64,000 nucleotides of DNA from Phoronis australis (taxonomy: Eukaryota > Animalia > Phoronida): assembly GCA_002633005.1 (NCBI GenBank), contig NMRA01000069.1:1059786-1123785 (forward strand), read 5' to 3'. Under the pieces are notes generated by a model, which worked only from the letters and a program-made list of their open reading frames with translations, was not told the origin of the DNA and did not search any database. This document shows, piece after piece, positions 38,521 through 52,427 of the stretch; position 1 is the stretch's first letter; every line of letters begins with the position of its first letter. A program made the position numbers and the translations under genes.

Positions 38521-39125
38521 GACAATCGGCCTCTTTTTTCATGTCGAACCCGACCCACGTGACCCACGCGTGGTGCTCGCAGATAGTGAGACTATTTCAA
38601 CTTTAAACTGATGACCTCAAAAAAGCACATCTGGTTCAGATAAAATACTGTAACCGTTGTCAATCTTCAAATGCGTACGTTTGAAAACTCACACTCTGTT
38701 CAGTCGTCAAGCGTCATTAAAGTTTTCGCCGAGCAATCAGTCAGTTGACGGACTGAACCGCAAGATACACGTCGTCGTTATTCAAGAAGAATGCATTTTT
38801 TTATTGAAAATGTGTTATCACAGTTATTTCTCGGGTTCAGGTACCAACAGCGAAAAAGTAAGAAGCCGAGTTCATTTTGGTTGCAGCCTACTCAATGATT
38901 GAAACTTGGAAGTATCATGTAACTATGTCACAATCAATTTGACAATCCTTGAAATTGATTGACCGCGACCTTGTGGGAATAATGTCTTAAACCACCATTT
39001 GTGTCCGGTACCCCATTGTTTGATTTTCTAGAATCGTTGACGTTAGCTAAGGAAACACCCTTACTCCACAGTTAACTTAGTGAAACGGATCATAAATTGT
39101 TCAGGCCCTACTTACATCCTCAGAG

Positions 39126-42100
39126 TCACTTGCATTTATTGCACTGTTTAGCATCTTTGGGCAACTGTTTACCCTTGCACTTGGAGTTGTATGGCCAATC
39201 ACAAACGCACACGGCCGGGTTAAAGGTCGTGCCAGCGGGGCAACAGTGGTAACCGAAGTTGCCGTTGCTCATGTCCTCCTGTTTGAAGCACGTGCAGTCT
39301 CTTGACGATATGGTGTACTTGTTTCCGTGACTCTTGCAAGACAAACCGTCTGGAGTCACACTGCCTGTGGATTAGCACACTCGGTTTGAAACATATAAAG
39401 ATAATGCATGAGTATGTAAATGTTGAATCTACGTGGAAAGCTAACATTTTAGGTTTTGTCTACTACTCCTGTTGGTCACATCACATGATGTACCACGGGT
39501 GGATCCAGGATTTTGAGTTGGGGGTGAGGGGCAGGGCACAGGAATAACCAGAATTTCGGCAGATGCGCGCGCCCAGCCTAAAATGTAGGGATGCAGGGGT
39601 CTCGAATTTTCAGGTTTGCGGACCTTGTGACTAAAACAAAAAGAAAAAAAGAAAAAAACATGGTTTGTTCAGGGCCTATGCATTGTTTATTCATCCCCGA
39701 GCCCCCCTGGTTGCGCGCATGTACTAGTCAGCAAATACGCACCCGAACTGCCAAACGATATCTGGTAGAATTTTAGGGGGTGGGGGGCATGGCCCCCTTG
39801 GCCCCCCTAAATCCGCCATGTGTACTATAATGAACATAAGTATGAAAATATTTCTTCCCTCACCGGGACTCGAAGACGGATTTCTGTGTTCCACCAGCGG
39901 TCCCCATCGCTCAGTGGACTAGAGTGCATCTGCACTGTTAGCAGAAGGTCCCGCATGTTCGAGTCCCGGCTGGGACAGAAATCTTTTCAGACGTATAACC
40001 ATTAGGTCACGAAATATGAGCAACAGGTAACGTGCAGACAAGATGATTGGAAGATAATAGCAAAACTAAAACTTCACGATGTTCATTAGGCGGTTGCTGT
40101 ACGGGTCCTATAGCGTGAACGCCAAGATAGGCCTACTTTTACTTAATCAGAATAAATTTTGCATTGGGAGGAAATACAAAAGCGACTACATGGAGTACGA
40201 TAGGTTTCAAGAAAGTTGACTTCCCACTGGACCTCAATCCTCCTGTGATCAAATCTCACATTTAATTCGAACATGGGTTTCAAAAGCTCTCTCAGTGAGT
40301 TCCTGGTGTAAGAGTAAGAGCGATCGCCATTGTCCAAGAGCGGTAAAATATGAAAAACGCGTTCCGGCAAATTTGAACTTCAAAATAATTCCATCATACA
40401 GTACAGAGACAAATTTTAAACGTTCCATTACTTACCGTCAGTTGGATTGACGCCACCTGGACATATGTTTGCCTTCGATCCCTTGCACTCAAAATTCCAC
40501 GGATAATCGCACACGCACACCGCTGGGTTAAACTTCAGGCCAGCAGGGCATCTGTGGTAGCCGTTGTTTCCATTGGTTAAATCCTTTTGGTGGAAGCACG
40601 TGCAGTCATTGTTGGAGATCGTGTACCTGTTGTTTCTGCGTTCACACCAGCCATCGCCAACTGGAAAAAAATGAGCCAGACTCGTTAATGAAGCAATTAA
40701 AAAAAACAGTGATCCAAGCTTCAACATTTATAAGACAGAACCTAGGACAGGCTGTGGCCTATATATGTTTTCGTAGCTATAAATTAATGTGAAATTACTT
40801 TGCAGAATGAATGACGTGGAAAAATGTTAGCTCACGTATTTGGATTTGTTTCGGACTTCGATTCCAATTCTATCCATGAAATAGGATTGATGTACAAATC
40901 ACATTTCAACAATATGTAAACTGCGCTGACGGTGTGTTGTCGTGGTACTGATTATTATGTACACTGTCAACAAGTTTTGGCCTATCGTGACGTGGAATTA
41001 ACTTCCGGAGTGAAAAAATCTAGATGCAACCGTTTACATGAGCTATCCCGTTTATGGTTTGCGCGATAAGACATATTTCCAAATCATGACTGATATATAT
41101 ATAGGATTTATTTCAAACATAAATACCATTTGTACCAGATGTAAATACAACAACCGTTGGATACAAATAAATAGACAATAAACAATAAATAGAATTATTG
41201 TTTTCATAAATGAATTACGTACCATATTATTGGAGAATTATGTCAAACATTATTAGTAATGTCATACATAATTCGGATTGATATCAGACATAAATCCGAA
41301 TTATGTCTCACCGCGCCAACCATTTCTGTTCACCGTGCCTCCATACAGCCCATAATACCTTGTCTAGTCCTTTCATGTGTCATTAAACGTTTAATAGCAT
41401 ACCGCTCATGAAAAAAGTAGTTTAAGAGATGAAAATGCCTAATAAAACCCAGTTCGTAACACTCCACTAACCTAGTACGTACCTATGAATGATGATCAAG
41501 TGTCTCAGTGTAGCATCAAGGTTTAAAAAGTTTCCCGTCTAGAAACAAGGCTTGCACGTCATGAGTAAAAGTGACTGGTCAAGTGCAGAAATAACTTATG
41601 TTATACACTTTGTATTTTCGTCCATTTCAGAAATAAATTAAGAACTCTTGATAAGTCTCATAAATTTTTAGACAAGATTCACAGAGCGTTCCGTCGACCA
41701 ACGGTTTCCAGCGGGAAAAGCAAGATCTCGCAAGACCTCAGAAATCGCCTAAAAGGCAAACAATAGATCGCGACTATGTTCGTCGAAATGACAGCCAATG
41801 AAATGATTGGCCGATAGAGTTGGAGTGTTGAATTGTGGGATTGGAATTCAATGTTTTCGTTGCAGAAGCAAAAATTTTCGCCCTTTATTCAAGCTATTGT
41901 ATAGTGATCTACGGTTCTCAGCCCTAATCTAAATATACCTCCATTTCCAGTTTTCCCGTTCTCTTGACCATCAGGTGGACATCTCTTTAGCGCCGCCCCG
42001 TGGCACTTGGACTGATCTTTGTAATCGCAGACGCACTCCTGAGGGTTAAAGGTCGTAGTGTCTGGGCAGCGATGGTAGCCTTCGTTACCGTTGCTCAAGT

Positions 42101-44016
42101 CTCGCTGGTGGAAACACTTGCAATCGGGACTCGAAACTGTATAAAGATTCCCCCTCTGCTTGCAGTAACCAACTTTTTGTGCGATGGCACCTGAAAAAAG
42201 ATCACTCAATACTATAAGGAAACACCGAGAAGCAACTGAAAAGGTGTGTTTGGTTGGAGAAGGGCTCGGCAGCTTTTGGTGCTTGTTAATTTGCACGCCA
42301 CTATATATTGAACTAAGACAAAAGGTCTGACAAATTTCATATTGGAATGCAAGAGTAGATTAGTTTAGCCAACAGTCAAGTTGAAAATGCGAAGGAGCCG
42401 TTGTTGATGTTTGGCGTTTAGGTGTATGTAACTTTTCGCAGGTCCGCTAAATCAAAGTTAGCTCGTCTTGTAGTCTTTGATTTTTATCAGCAAATATATA
42501 GCTTGTGAAGATATGGTTAGATGCATACGTTGAAATATTCCCTGCTTATGAAACGCGCAACATTATGCTCTCAATCGCCTGCTTGTGGCTACCTCAGCAT
42601 CTGTGTACTGGCGTCCGACCTCAGTGAAACGAGCAACTGATTTATATTGCCGATAGAAGACGTAACAGGTTAGAAATGGGTTGTACGTTCAAGAAATGAC
42701 ATGTGTAGAGACCGAATAAAATAAGACAATGTAGAAGGTGGTAAGTAATTACATTAAACTATTTCCGTTTCCTTTACTTTTTTCATTGTCTCGCGTCCAT
42801 CCCTTGATACATGTAGCTTTGAACAGGTTGGTAAAATAAGGCCTTTGGCGCCATTTGCCTTTGTACCTGATGGAGGGTAGCTCTTATCAGACTCTAAAGA
42901 AAATGTTTTTTTTAATAACTATGTAATTTACCGGGCTTAAAGTTTTTTTTCAGCTTCTGCATCGTTTCTGACCAAGAAGATTCAAACAAGATTTTAGTAA
43001 AAACATGTGTTTATATTAGGACGCTCTTATTTGAGACATTGGCGAATTTATTGGCGCGCTCTTTAAAATTTTTCACCTTGTTGGTACACTGGCTGGGAGT
43101 ATAAACCACCCGTACTACTCACAACAAACCTTACATTCTGAGCCTCTGTCGTCGCGTAGTTTCAACCAAGTAGTCGATTGTTAACCACAAACTTTGTTCT
43201 ATAGTTTCTCCAAATTTTATCGGAAACAACTCAGCAAAACCGACTCTCCGCTAGGACTAGCGCAGACAAAGAAATATGCACCTTGAATGAAAATCAGCTT
43301 TAGATCGCGTATGCGGCAAAATAAAAAATTTGCCTCTCGAGATTGTGGGGCGAATACCCAATTTGACAGCTTTATTTTGCTTGGCGTGCGTAAATCCTCA
43401 CAACATGCCGGCGAGGTGAACTAAGTGCCAGTAGTCGATAACATTCGGCAGGCAATGATAACTTATTATTGTACCACGTCACTGGCTCATTAATTATTTT
43501 ACCACGTCACTGGCTCATTAATTATTGTACCACGCCACTGGCTCATTCTAATCTACTGTACTTCATTTACATTGTCAACGATAACAAGTTAATTTTTGCT
43601 CTCTCTGTGCGGGTAACCTGCCATGATATGAGCTATACATGTAGATCACGTGATGACGACACCTCTGTTCGCAACGTTTCGTCTACGCTCGGCTTTAGAG
43701 TCTAACAATAAACAATAATATGCTCGTTTTTTTTATAAAAAAGAGAAAACTGATAGTGGTACTGTACATAATGAAATAATTGCGAAGCCAACACGTAAAT
43801 ACAACAAAAATAGACTAATACTTTTACGTATGCAGTAACAATTGACCATGACGTTGAACGCCTACCCACCACGAAGACCAATCTTTGGATTTTGAACCTC
43901 TAGTCTTTGGCAAACCATTGATACTAAAATTGAATCTTGTCTTTAAAACACTACATGTAACACTTACCAGTGGCGAAAGCCAAAACCAGTGTAGCAAGTA
44001 AACCAGTGCGAAACAT
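39126..44016 (-). CDS. Secreted protein with three atypical chitin-binding type-2 (CBM14/peritrophin-A)-like modules, paralogue B; coding exons 44016-43968, 42190-41939, 40660-40436, 39364-39126 (254 aa)
   Basis: Signal peptide MFRTGLLATLVLAFATGAIA is followed by three Cys-rich modules, one per phase-1 exon, each with C-P-x4-FNP-x2-CVCD[YW]-x5-C. Non-coding first exon at about 44582-44532; donor GTAAGT just after the stop; candidate terminal UTR exon at about 37688-37575 with AATAAA. Confidence 0.88.
39494..39820. mobile_element. hAT-like MITE fragments (GGCGGATC/GGATCCAGG family)
   Basis: Homologous to 35656-35850; ends with CCCCCCTAAATCCGCCATG, related to the CAGTGGCGGATCTA termini at about 61974 and 63976. 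Confidence 0.6.
39900..39979 (+). mobile_element. tRNA-derived SINE head / tRNA pseudogene
   Basis: GTCCCCATCGCTCAGTGGACTAGAG (A-box) ... TCTGC-ACTGTTA-GCAGA stem-loop ... GTTCGAGTCCCGGCTGGGAC (B-box); non-canonical anticodon loop and T-stem. Confidence 0.6.
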
Positions 44017-44574
44017 TTTCTCGCTTTATGAACCTGCAAAATTCACACAGTAGAGTTAATTTCCCTTACCCCACCCTTTCAATGCATTTCAGAGATCCAA
44101 GATATTTAACAACAAAGATGTTGAACAATCTTCGTAGTATTTCGACATTAAGGATTGACGAAAATAAAGAATAGGAGGCAACAAAGTGAATTTACGATTT
44201 CAAGAAATTTCAAAGTTGTCTGTACGAAGAAATACTCAAAATTATCATAGACGGCTTACATACATGTATATAATCATATTAATTAGTAATAGTAAGGATT
44301 GAATAATATCGCAAAAAAGCAACATTTTAGATGATTGAACTAACTAAAAACACGCTTTGCAAAGACCCTAATGACAAAATTTTATTTCCATAAGTCAAGA
44401 TGCTGGAAATCATTTAAGTTTTGGCACAATACTGATTACACTTAATTCAACTTTTTAGTTTAGAATTCCAGTTCGAAAGCAAATTTTTGCTGAATCCATC
44501 GTGTACATTCTGTATGATCTACCTAACGTACCTGTGTCGCTGACTATTTCTTACTCCTCGTCAAGAGTCTGCAG

Positions 44575-44685
44575 ACCAAACTGACCCGCTTGGTACACTT
44601 TGGGAGCTTTTATAGTTTCAGAAGCCCCAATTTTAGTTGTTTATTACTTCTATTATTGACGTCTGTCCCATTGAAGTTCACGGCC
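44575..44685 (-). promoter_or_regulatory. Core promoter of CBM14-like paralogue B (TATA, Inr and a conserved upstream 12-mer)
   Basis: Minus strand TATAAAA at 44614-44608; initiator TCAGTT with the A at 44582 (32 bp downstream); ATTGAAGTTCAC at 44670-44681; the layout is mirrored at 57.1-57.2 kb. Confidence 0.75.
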
Positions 44686-47401
44686 GTCACACATCACATG
44701 TGAAGTCAAAATTAATAATTGCAGCAATTTCCACGAAGTCCATCAGTCGTGCTGTTCGTCGAAACTTATTATCCATGGGTGATTTATTCACACTAGGTTA
44801 CTTTGGCATGAATTAAAGATACTCTATCCCTTACGAATTTAGAACACAGGATGAAGTTCGTCAGTCAAAACATTTCGTAAATTTCAGAGCTGCGTGTGCT
44901 TGTCTTAACTTTATTTTTTTTAAAGTGGTTGGAGTTTCCGTGGAAAACTTAGCACATATGGCGGTAGTTGAGTGAGTACCCATAATGCATCAGTCAGATG
45001 TCGCTCACTGCGGCGGCCATTTAAATAGGAGGTGCACCACCAAACAAAAAATCACCTATAAATTCATATCAAATTCAGTTAAGTTGGAAAATAATCGAAG
45101 TTGTGTTGAATGAGCATTACTTGGCTCAAGTTTCCAAGTGAAGTAAGTTGCGTTAAAATCCGTCTTTTGGCGTTTTCACCTGAAATGAAACGGAAAGAAT
45201 ATCTTTACTACAATGGATTTTATGCGTTTCAAACTTTAAGCTATGGTTTCCTACTTGTTATGTTAAAGTTTCTATAAGTTATCCAACTGTAGCTTTTATA
45301 AGAAAACGCTGATTTAGATCGCTTAGCATTATACAAATGGTTTAGATCGCTTAGCATTATACAAATGGTTTCAAATCTCCTAATACTATGAGAGGCGATT
45401 TCCGGGATTGTCAAGAACTGATAGAGACAAGATGGCATCAGTTTAACGATAAAAATTGACCCTGACGAAGTCCTTGTTGAAACTACCACGCTTGACACTT
45501 CGCCATTATGTGAACAGTGTTCGTTTTTGTAATGCTAAGATTAAAAAAGATCAAGATTGTTGAGGTCAGTGCATAAATAACATTGTTCTTTGGAAATTAA
45601 ATTGGTCCCAATCTTCTCGGGGGTTACTTCCTTAAAGAGGTATTATCGTTTTCACGGCCGAAAAAGGCTTGGGGGGTTCTTGTTGGATATTGTAAGTTAC
45701 TAGCTTTGACTAGACCTATAAAGCTCTAAATTAAAAAACCTCTGTGCTTTTGTGATTTTGTTCCAAATCGCCAATTTTCACCGATATCTGCCAGACAGTC
45801 CCTGAAGTCACCCAGAACAAGAGTTAGCTTGTCAGCAGAGCGTTTGGTTGAAAACACAAAACTTAATGTAAATGGTTTTGAATCGGCGCTGGGGCTATCA
45901 CTTTAACATGGCATTTATCGAGCTTTCTGTCAAAAAGCATGACTTAGGCCACTAACTGTTATACAATTTGCAATGTTTTGTACCTTACTAAGTTTAGAAT
46001 GTATCTCTGAGATCAGGAAGAACAGACATTTTATTTCTTCTTCAGACAAAGCTTTTTAAAATTCAGATGACTGTATGAGCTTGGTTTGAAGAAATAAGGA
46101 ACTATCAGTTTTTTGTACCTACATTACTGCGAACCAATTTGAGACCGATTTCGTAGTGACAAGATGTCCAAGTCAAAACTGTTTTTGACACAAGCACTGG
46201 TTTAATACCGCGTTGAAAGATGTGTACATAAAGTGCAGCTCAGTAAGATAAGTGACAATTTTCACGACAAGTTTACATATTAAAAGGTACCTTCCTGACA
46301 CAATTCCCTAAAATAGGGCCCACTTTGGGATCCCAGAAACTCTACCATAGGTCCTTTCTACAATTACACAAAGCTAAATTGAGAAAGATTTTAGGTTCAT
46401 CGATGAGCACCTTTGGATCTGTGCCCCGCGTCTCAATACTTGGGTAGGGTAAAATGGAAGCCGACAACGATAACCAGCCACAGTCTTGCATAGGAGAAAT
46501 TTGCTGCACAAACTGTTGTGGATTTATTCTGGACAACTTCACAGTTTTCTCGTGCCGTTTCTGGCTTAAGGGTTGAAAGTTCAACTGACCGAGATTTCCT
46601 GAGAAGCAAAGTTTATGGAATAAGCTCACTAACAAAAGAAAATGGAACAAAGCCTACCTGAAGAAAACGATAGACAATGCAAGGGAACTATTTCAAAGGC
46701 TCGTGAATTTTTAGATTTAAGCAGGAAAAATGTTGTCCCAGTGGCAAAAATTTGTTAGTTTAATGAAAAACCTTGACAAAGATGTTATTAGTTTTATTTA
46801 TCATTCATTTTGTAAGAGATCATAATATCACGTGAAGTAATGTTTGTAGGCTACCTCTCTAGTGTTATAACTTTACACTGTAATTGCTGTAACTCAGTGT
46901 ACTTTGGACCCATAGCTTTGAATACTTGCAACAAACACTTAAGGCCCTTACATATTGACTTAATTCCGGCCTAGCCGAAGCTTCGACGTAAACAGCGCAG
47001 TTAACTGGATCGTTTATACTGGCTTTGGTAGTTAATGAACATCGAAGTAAACGGGAGGTGATGCTGTCGTCATCGAAGTTATCGCAAGGTAGCGCTGCAT
47101 GCCAAGATTTTTCAATGTGACAAATTGGGAACATTTACATGTGTTAATTGACATTAAACTTATTTTAACTCGATTGGTTATCATTAGAGCAAAATATAAG
47201 CAGACATTAGTAACGGCACTACCCTGTAACTGTTGAATTATAACAGTGGCACCTGGTGATAACTTCGATTGGACCGAAGTTAATTCGTACACACACAGTG
47301 ACGTCATCATTAGGGTTACTAAGGAGACCGCCATATTGCGAGGTGGAAACAACGTGTGTTGCGCTGATAATAAATTCAAATAGAAGGTTAATTTTGTACG
47401 C

Positions 47402-47569
47402 ATGATGTCTGCCGATTATATGTCAGACTTGGATAGCAAGTCGTATGCACGTTACAGAACGAAATTATTAATGTGTGGATTGGAGGACTGTCCGTACAGG
47501 CTTCCAAATGACGTTTGGAAGAACGACCCGAAAGAATGGCCAAACGTTGGATTCGGCGACCGTTCATAG
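47402..47569 (+). pseudogene. Truncated transposon ORF fragment (N-terminus resembling the SWIM/YqaJ-associated protein of ISL2EU-type elements)
   Basis: MMSADYMSDLDSKSYARYRTKLLMCGLEDCPYRLPNDVWKNDPKEWPNVGFGD fits the Y-x2-L-x6-RY-x2-KL...PY...W-x2-D-x3-WP-x4-GD pattern recalled from such elements. It is cut off by a palindromic insertion (GCTTTCATACT...AGTATGAAAGC). The family call is from memory, not from a search. Confidence 0.55.
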
Positions 47570-49448
47570 TGCACTGCAGCGTCGACGCTGCGCTGTTAAA
47601 TCCACCTGTTAACTGCGATGTTAACTGGAGGTGTTAACTGCGATACAGTATCAGAGATAAGCTTTCATACTGACTGCATCTCCCCAAGCCATCGACGCGT
47701 CGACGTTAGTATGAAAGCCCTTTAAAGAGCCTGGCGTCCTATATTCTTCAGCAGTACTAAGAGCTGACCTTTGTAAAGCTGTATTGTGAGGCCAAGGACT
47801 ACATACAACAAACGTTTCTGTCGTACTCGTAGCACCAGTGGTCGCATATTTTGCTTAGAATCTCCGCTTGACTAAAACACCCTTAGTGTACGTATGCACA
47901 CGTACATGTGTATTATTCAACATCGCAAATGAGCATTTTGCAACACAACAGATTTTCATGAAAACATAGAAGGTTGCAAGTATACCAATGTTTAATGGCG
48001 ACCGAGGACTGGAATCAGTGAGCGTGAGGTGGTTTGCTGTGATGGAGGAGAGTTTCTGCCGTTGGTGGGGGTTGAAATGATTGGCTACCGACGGGTGGAG
48101 AACAATTTCGATAGCAACCCCGCTGAAAACGTACTACTCGTATATGGGCCGTTCGAATACACAAGTAAAGACACCAGTTTTGTGTTAAGTAGGATATTTG
48201 GTAACTCGCACTATAAGAGATTTTTGGCCGATGGGAGATTTTGATTGATAACGTCGTTATCTGAATGGCCTACAATGAATCCGCGTCACTCGCTCATAGA
48301 CCTGCTTTTATACAAAAATAAGTGAAATTTAAAAACGCACATATTGGCTATTACTCATCAAATTTCATTCATTTTGGTGTAAAATCAGGTCAAGTAATTA
48401 CATGAGAATAAACTGAAATTAAATTACGCCTCATTAAGTTTTATCTTACTCATTAAATTTTGCTTATTTTGGTATAAAAACAGATACCGTTTTTTATACA
48501 ATTTAACCTAGTTTTTATACCAAAATAACCTAGGATTTGTCATAAAAATGTCATCGAAGAGCATTCGATTAATGATTGGTTTAAAATGTACGATTTTAAT
48601 TGTTACTCGTAAATATTTAACTACGTCAATAAGAAATCATTTGTTTCGTCTCTAGATTGTTCATGATTATGAAGCAACCGAGTAGAACCTTCTTAAATTG
48701 AATTACGGTCGTCATTACAAACCCATTTTCCCAACCACAAATCTGAAACGAGCTCGCAATCAAAAGGCGTCTGACGTCAACAAGACATTACATTACATAT
48801 ATCATCGTGCTGTCGATACATTTTGGAACCACAAAATTTGCTGTTAAAATTCAAGATGCAGACTATTTTTGAACAGCGATAGATTCAAACAAAACTAATT
48901 GGGTATTCATGAAGATTTCACCATTGCTGTAGAAACAACCATGCGTATTCTCATATTTTCTTTGCCTAGTCAAACAAAGCCAACAGATGGTATAGATTAT
49001 TTGGAAACTCAAACAAAGCCTGCACGTGCACAGAATGTATTCAGAATTTCCATTTTTTGTATTCCTTAAAGGTTGCATGATTGTTGACGCAAAAAGGCAA
49101 TATGCCGTTATTCAAAATAGTCTCTCAGTTTCTTATCCCCATTACCATTCATTGACATCTTGAATGGCGTATAATAGGTATTCAGGACATCGCATTTAAA
49201 TTACATTTATGTCTGTAATACATCACGATTCTTGATTTTCTCCACAATATTCCCATAAAGTTACCATTCACTATACACTCTCCAATCTGAAAACTTCACA
49301 GTACCAGAATTTCTTCCGTTTGAGGACAAATCACATTTTATTGCACGACCACTGATACTCCTGTCCCCTAATTGGCTAAAACGTTGTGCCATGACTTTCT
49401 TTACGAGATGATATTGCCAGCATTGAGATAAGTATCTATATCTACATG

Positions 49449-49815
<367 letters not shown>

Positions 49816-50417
49816 CTGACTGGTTGGCAGACGTTGTAACATCATTTTGAAAGTTAAGCTACCCAGGCGATAGATGACGTTATTCGAGGACGAAGTGACC
49901 AATTGCGGGCTTGAAAAAACGTAAATCCTGCAAAGCAATTAGACTGGTTGTACATCAAAGCGTGCCAATCTAACAAAAAGCGACAAAATCAGAGGAAATA
50001 ATCATTCCTGGTCGTAGAATAAAACCAAACCTAGCAGAGAGAGAGAGAGAGAGCAACAGTATTCTCCCACAGTTCATATAGCATGACATGTGGACCCTGG
50101 ATGACTAAACTGCGTAATTCGTGTGTTTTTGTCCATTCCAAGTACTTTTCGTGTAACAGTTAATGTTACATTGGATACATGCCAACGGCTACATTTCTGT
50201 TTCAAAAAGAAAATTCACTCAAGTGATGTTTTGAAAATTATGCCTCTGGGTTTTTCTCGAGTGTTTCACGTGCCGCATGCACCTAATTCAATATAGCACA
50301 GATTTGTATGCATGCATGATGAACGCATTATGTAAGCTTATGTACGCGGTCTCGTTGGGACATTTCCAGATGAAATGAATTCCCAATAGGATATGGCAGT
50401 AGTATTCTCAAATATGT

Positions 50418-51274
50418 GGGATGAATTTCTTGGTTTTCTTCGTATATTTTCGTGTCTTGGCTTTTGGACTGTAAATAGTAATAGAGACATTTCCCCGTGT
50501 GGATCACAGCATTGGAAAATAACCGTGGAAACTGTGCTGATTGGCTGAACTTGAGGCAAGGACTGTATTGCGAAAAGCAGATTTTACGCTACGACCGGCA
50601 GCGATGGAGAGTTGAATGCTGCGGGCAGACGATCGTCTTAGTAAAACACACATTCGATATTAAATCGCAATTCCATGTAAAGATCTTAGCTCTACATGTA
50701 CATATACTGTATGCATACATAACGAAAAGTGTTCGTTGGATTTGAATTAGATTTTGGCTGATTTTGTTGGGTGGGGATGCTATTTATCTTGACGTATTTT
50801 ATGATAACCCAGATTGAAACTTCAGCGAGGCTAAAAAATAACCGCCTCGCTGATCACCACGTGTCTGGATATTCATCGATAAATCGTTTGTGTTTTTAAA
50901 ACAGTAACGACGCCTTGCATCAATGATTTAGGAAACCCAAATGATTGAGCACAATCCAATTCGGCGTTGTACACGCGAATTAACTCCACCAGCAGACTGC
51001 GGCCTCTACAGTGGTATACGAATTGGATCTATTTTCCCGTATTACACAATTGATACCGTGACGTAAACAACATCCATATCTTCACATGTTTTTATGTGTT
51101 CTTTACTGAGCTAATCGTCTGCTCCCAGCGTTCAACGTACTCTCCGTTGGTGCCGGCCTTTGCATAAAATCTGTTTTTGCCATAAAGTCCTTAACTGCAA
51201 ATTGGCACAGTTACTATTTGCAGTCCAGAAGCTAGGACAAGAAAATAGACCAAGAAAACTACGAAATTCATCGA
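50418..51274. repeat. Diverged ~65-bp inverted repeat pair (50418-50482 / 51211-51274); probable old MITE
   Basis: The reverse complement TTACTATTTACAGTCCAAAAGCCAAGACACGAAAATATACGAAGAAAACCAAGAAATTCATC aligns with TTACTATTTGCAGTCCAGAAGCTAGGACAAGAAAATAGACCAAGAAAACTACGAAATTCATC. Confidence 0.65.
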
Positions 51275-51899
51275 AACTAAAACGACACACTGCTGCACAT
51301 CTTGTTTCGGGGAATGTTTCGATTTTTCTATTAAAGGATGGATTGTTTCTAAGTTTCCGACAAACTTTTCCTATTATTGAATGAGGTGCGTGAAAAAGCA
51401 GTTTTTTGACAACTGAAAAGTATGGTTTACACTGGCTTAAATATGACAATCGTATCGCAAAGACACAGCTTGGAACCACCATTATATACTGTTGCTGGTC
51501 TGACAAAGTGAAATGAGAAAAGTAGCAAGATGTTCAAGTTAATTTTCATTTCCACAACTTTCTACACAAGAAATTCGGAATAAGATGATAGTGCACCAGT
51601 ATCGCTTCCAGAAGTGTCGATGCTTTTACCCTGAAATGAAACGAAAACACGTACGTTGGGGGTTTGATTTATGCAAACAAATCTAAAAATAAAAATCGCC
51701 CACCTAGAACAGTTATTCTAGTTTACATATACAATATCCATCCCACTCACGATCATCATAAAATAGTGGGGACTTACATGTGCAATTTAAGTCATTAAAT
51801 GATTTTCCGGTTGCTCGCGTTAGTACTTTGAGAAGTTCTGTGTAATGTGAGCACAATCCCGGAAATCGCTTTCGCATTATATCCAGGTTCTCAGTCACT

Positions 51900-52046
51900 C
51901 TCTTGCATCCAATCACTAGTAAGACGGAGCTCAGAGGACTAGGAGACACCTTTGTGCAATACAGCCAGTAAAGCTGCAGCCGGGATTCGAACCTCGGCCT
52001 CCCAAACGGGAGTCCGGAGCTCAAACCACTGAGCAAAACCGCCTCC
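51900..52046 (-). mobile_element. tRNA-derived SINE
   Basis: Minus strand GGCGGTTTTGCTCAGTGGTTTGAGC (A-box) ... GAGGTTCGAATCCCGGCTGC (B-box), followed by a non-tRNA body. Confidence 0.65.
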
Positions 52047-52427
52047 GCTTTAATAAATCACCAGTTTCTCATTCTTTTGCGCGTTTAACCAGTTTACACA
52101 GTCCATAATTTTTCCTCAGTTGCCAAGCACGAGACCACAGACATGTCAGTCCTGAGATTTCCCCGCCAATAAACAGATTACCAGGAAGCAATGTTAGCAG
52201 TCTGTATCCAGCGACCCGTATCGCCCCCTATAGGTGTACCGGGAAGTACTTCATCTTATAGTACATGTAGAGGTGCATGGCAAAGGGAAATATGGTTAAC
52301 TTCGTAAAATGACGCTTTTTGCTATTATAGTGAATGTGATTACACATGATAAAATTTAAGCAAAAGTTCAAGTGCCTCCCCATCCTTCAGAGGTCTGATC
52401 CCTTTAAATTGTTTACTTACATCCTCA

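Noticed and set aside
39900-39979. Functional tRNA gene (also considered for 51970-52046 and 61648-61725)
   Set aside because: A and B boxes are present, but the anticodon and T arms are non-canonical or mispaired; better explained as SINE heads or pseudogenes. tRNAscan-SE would decide.
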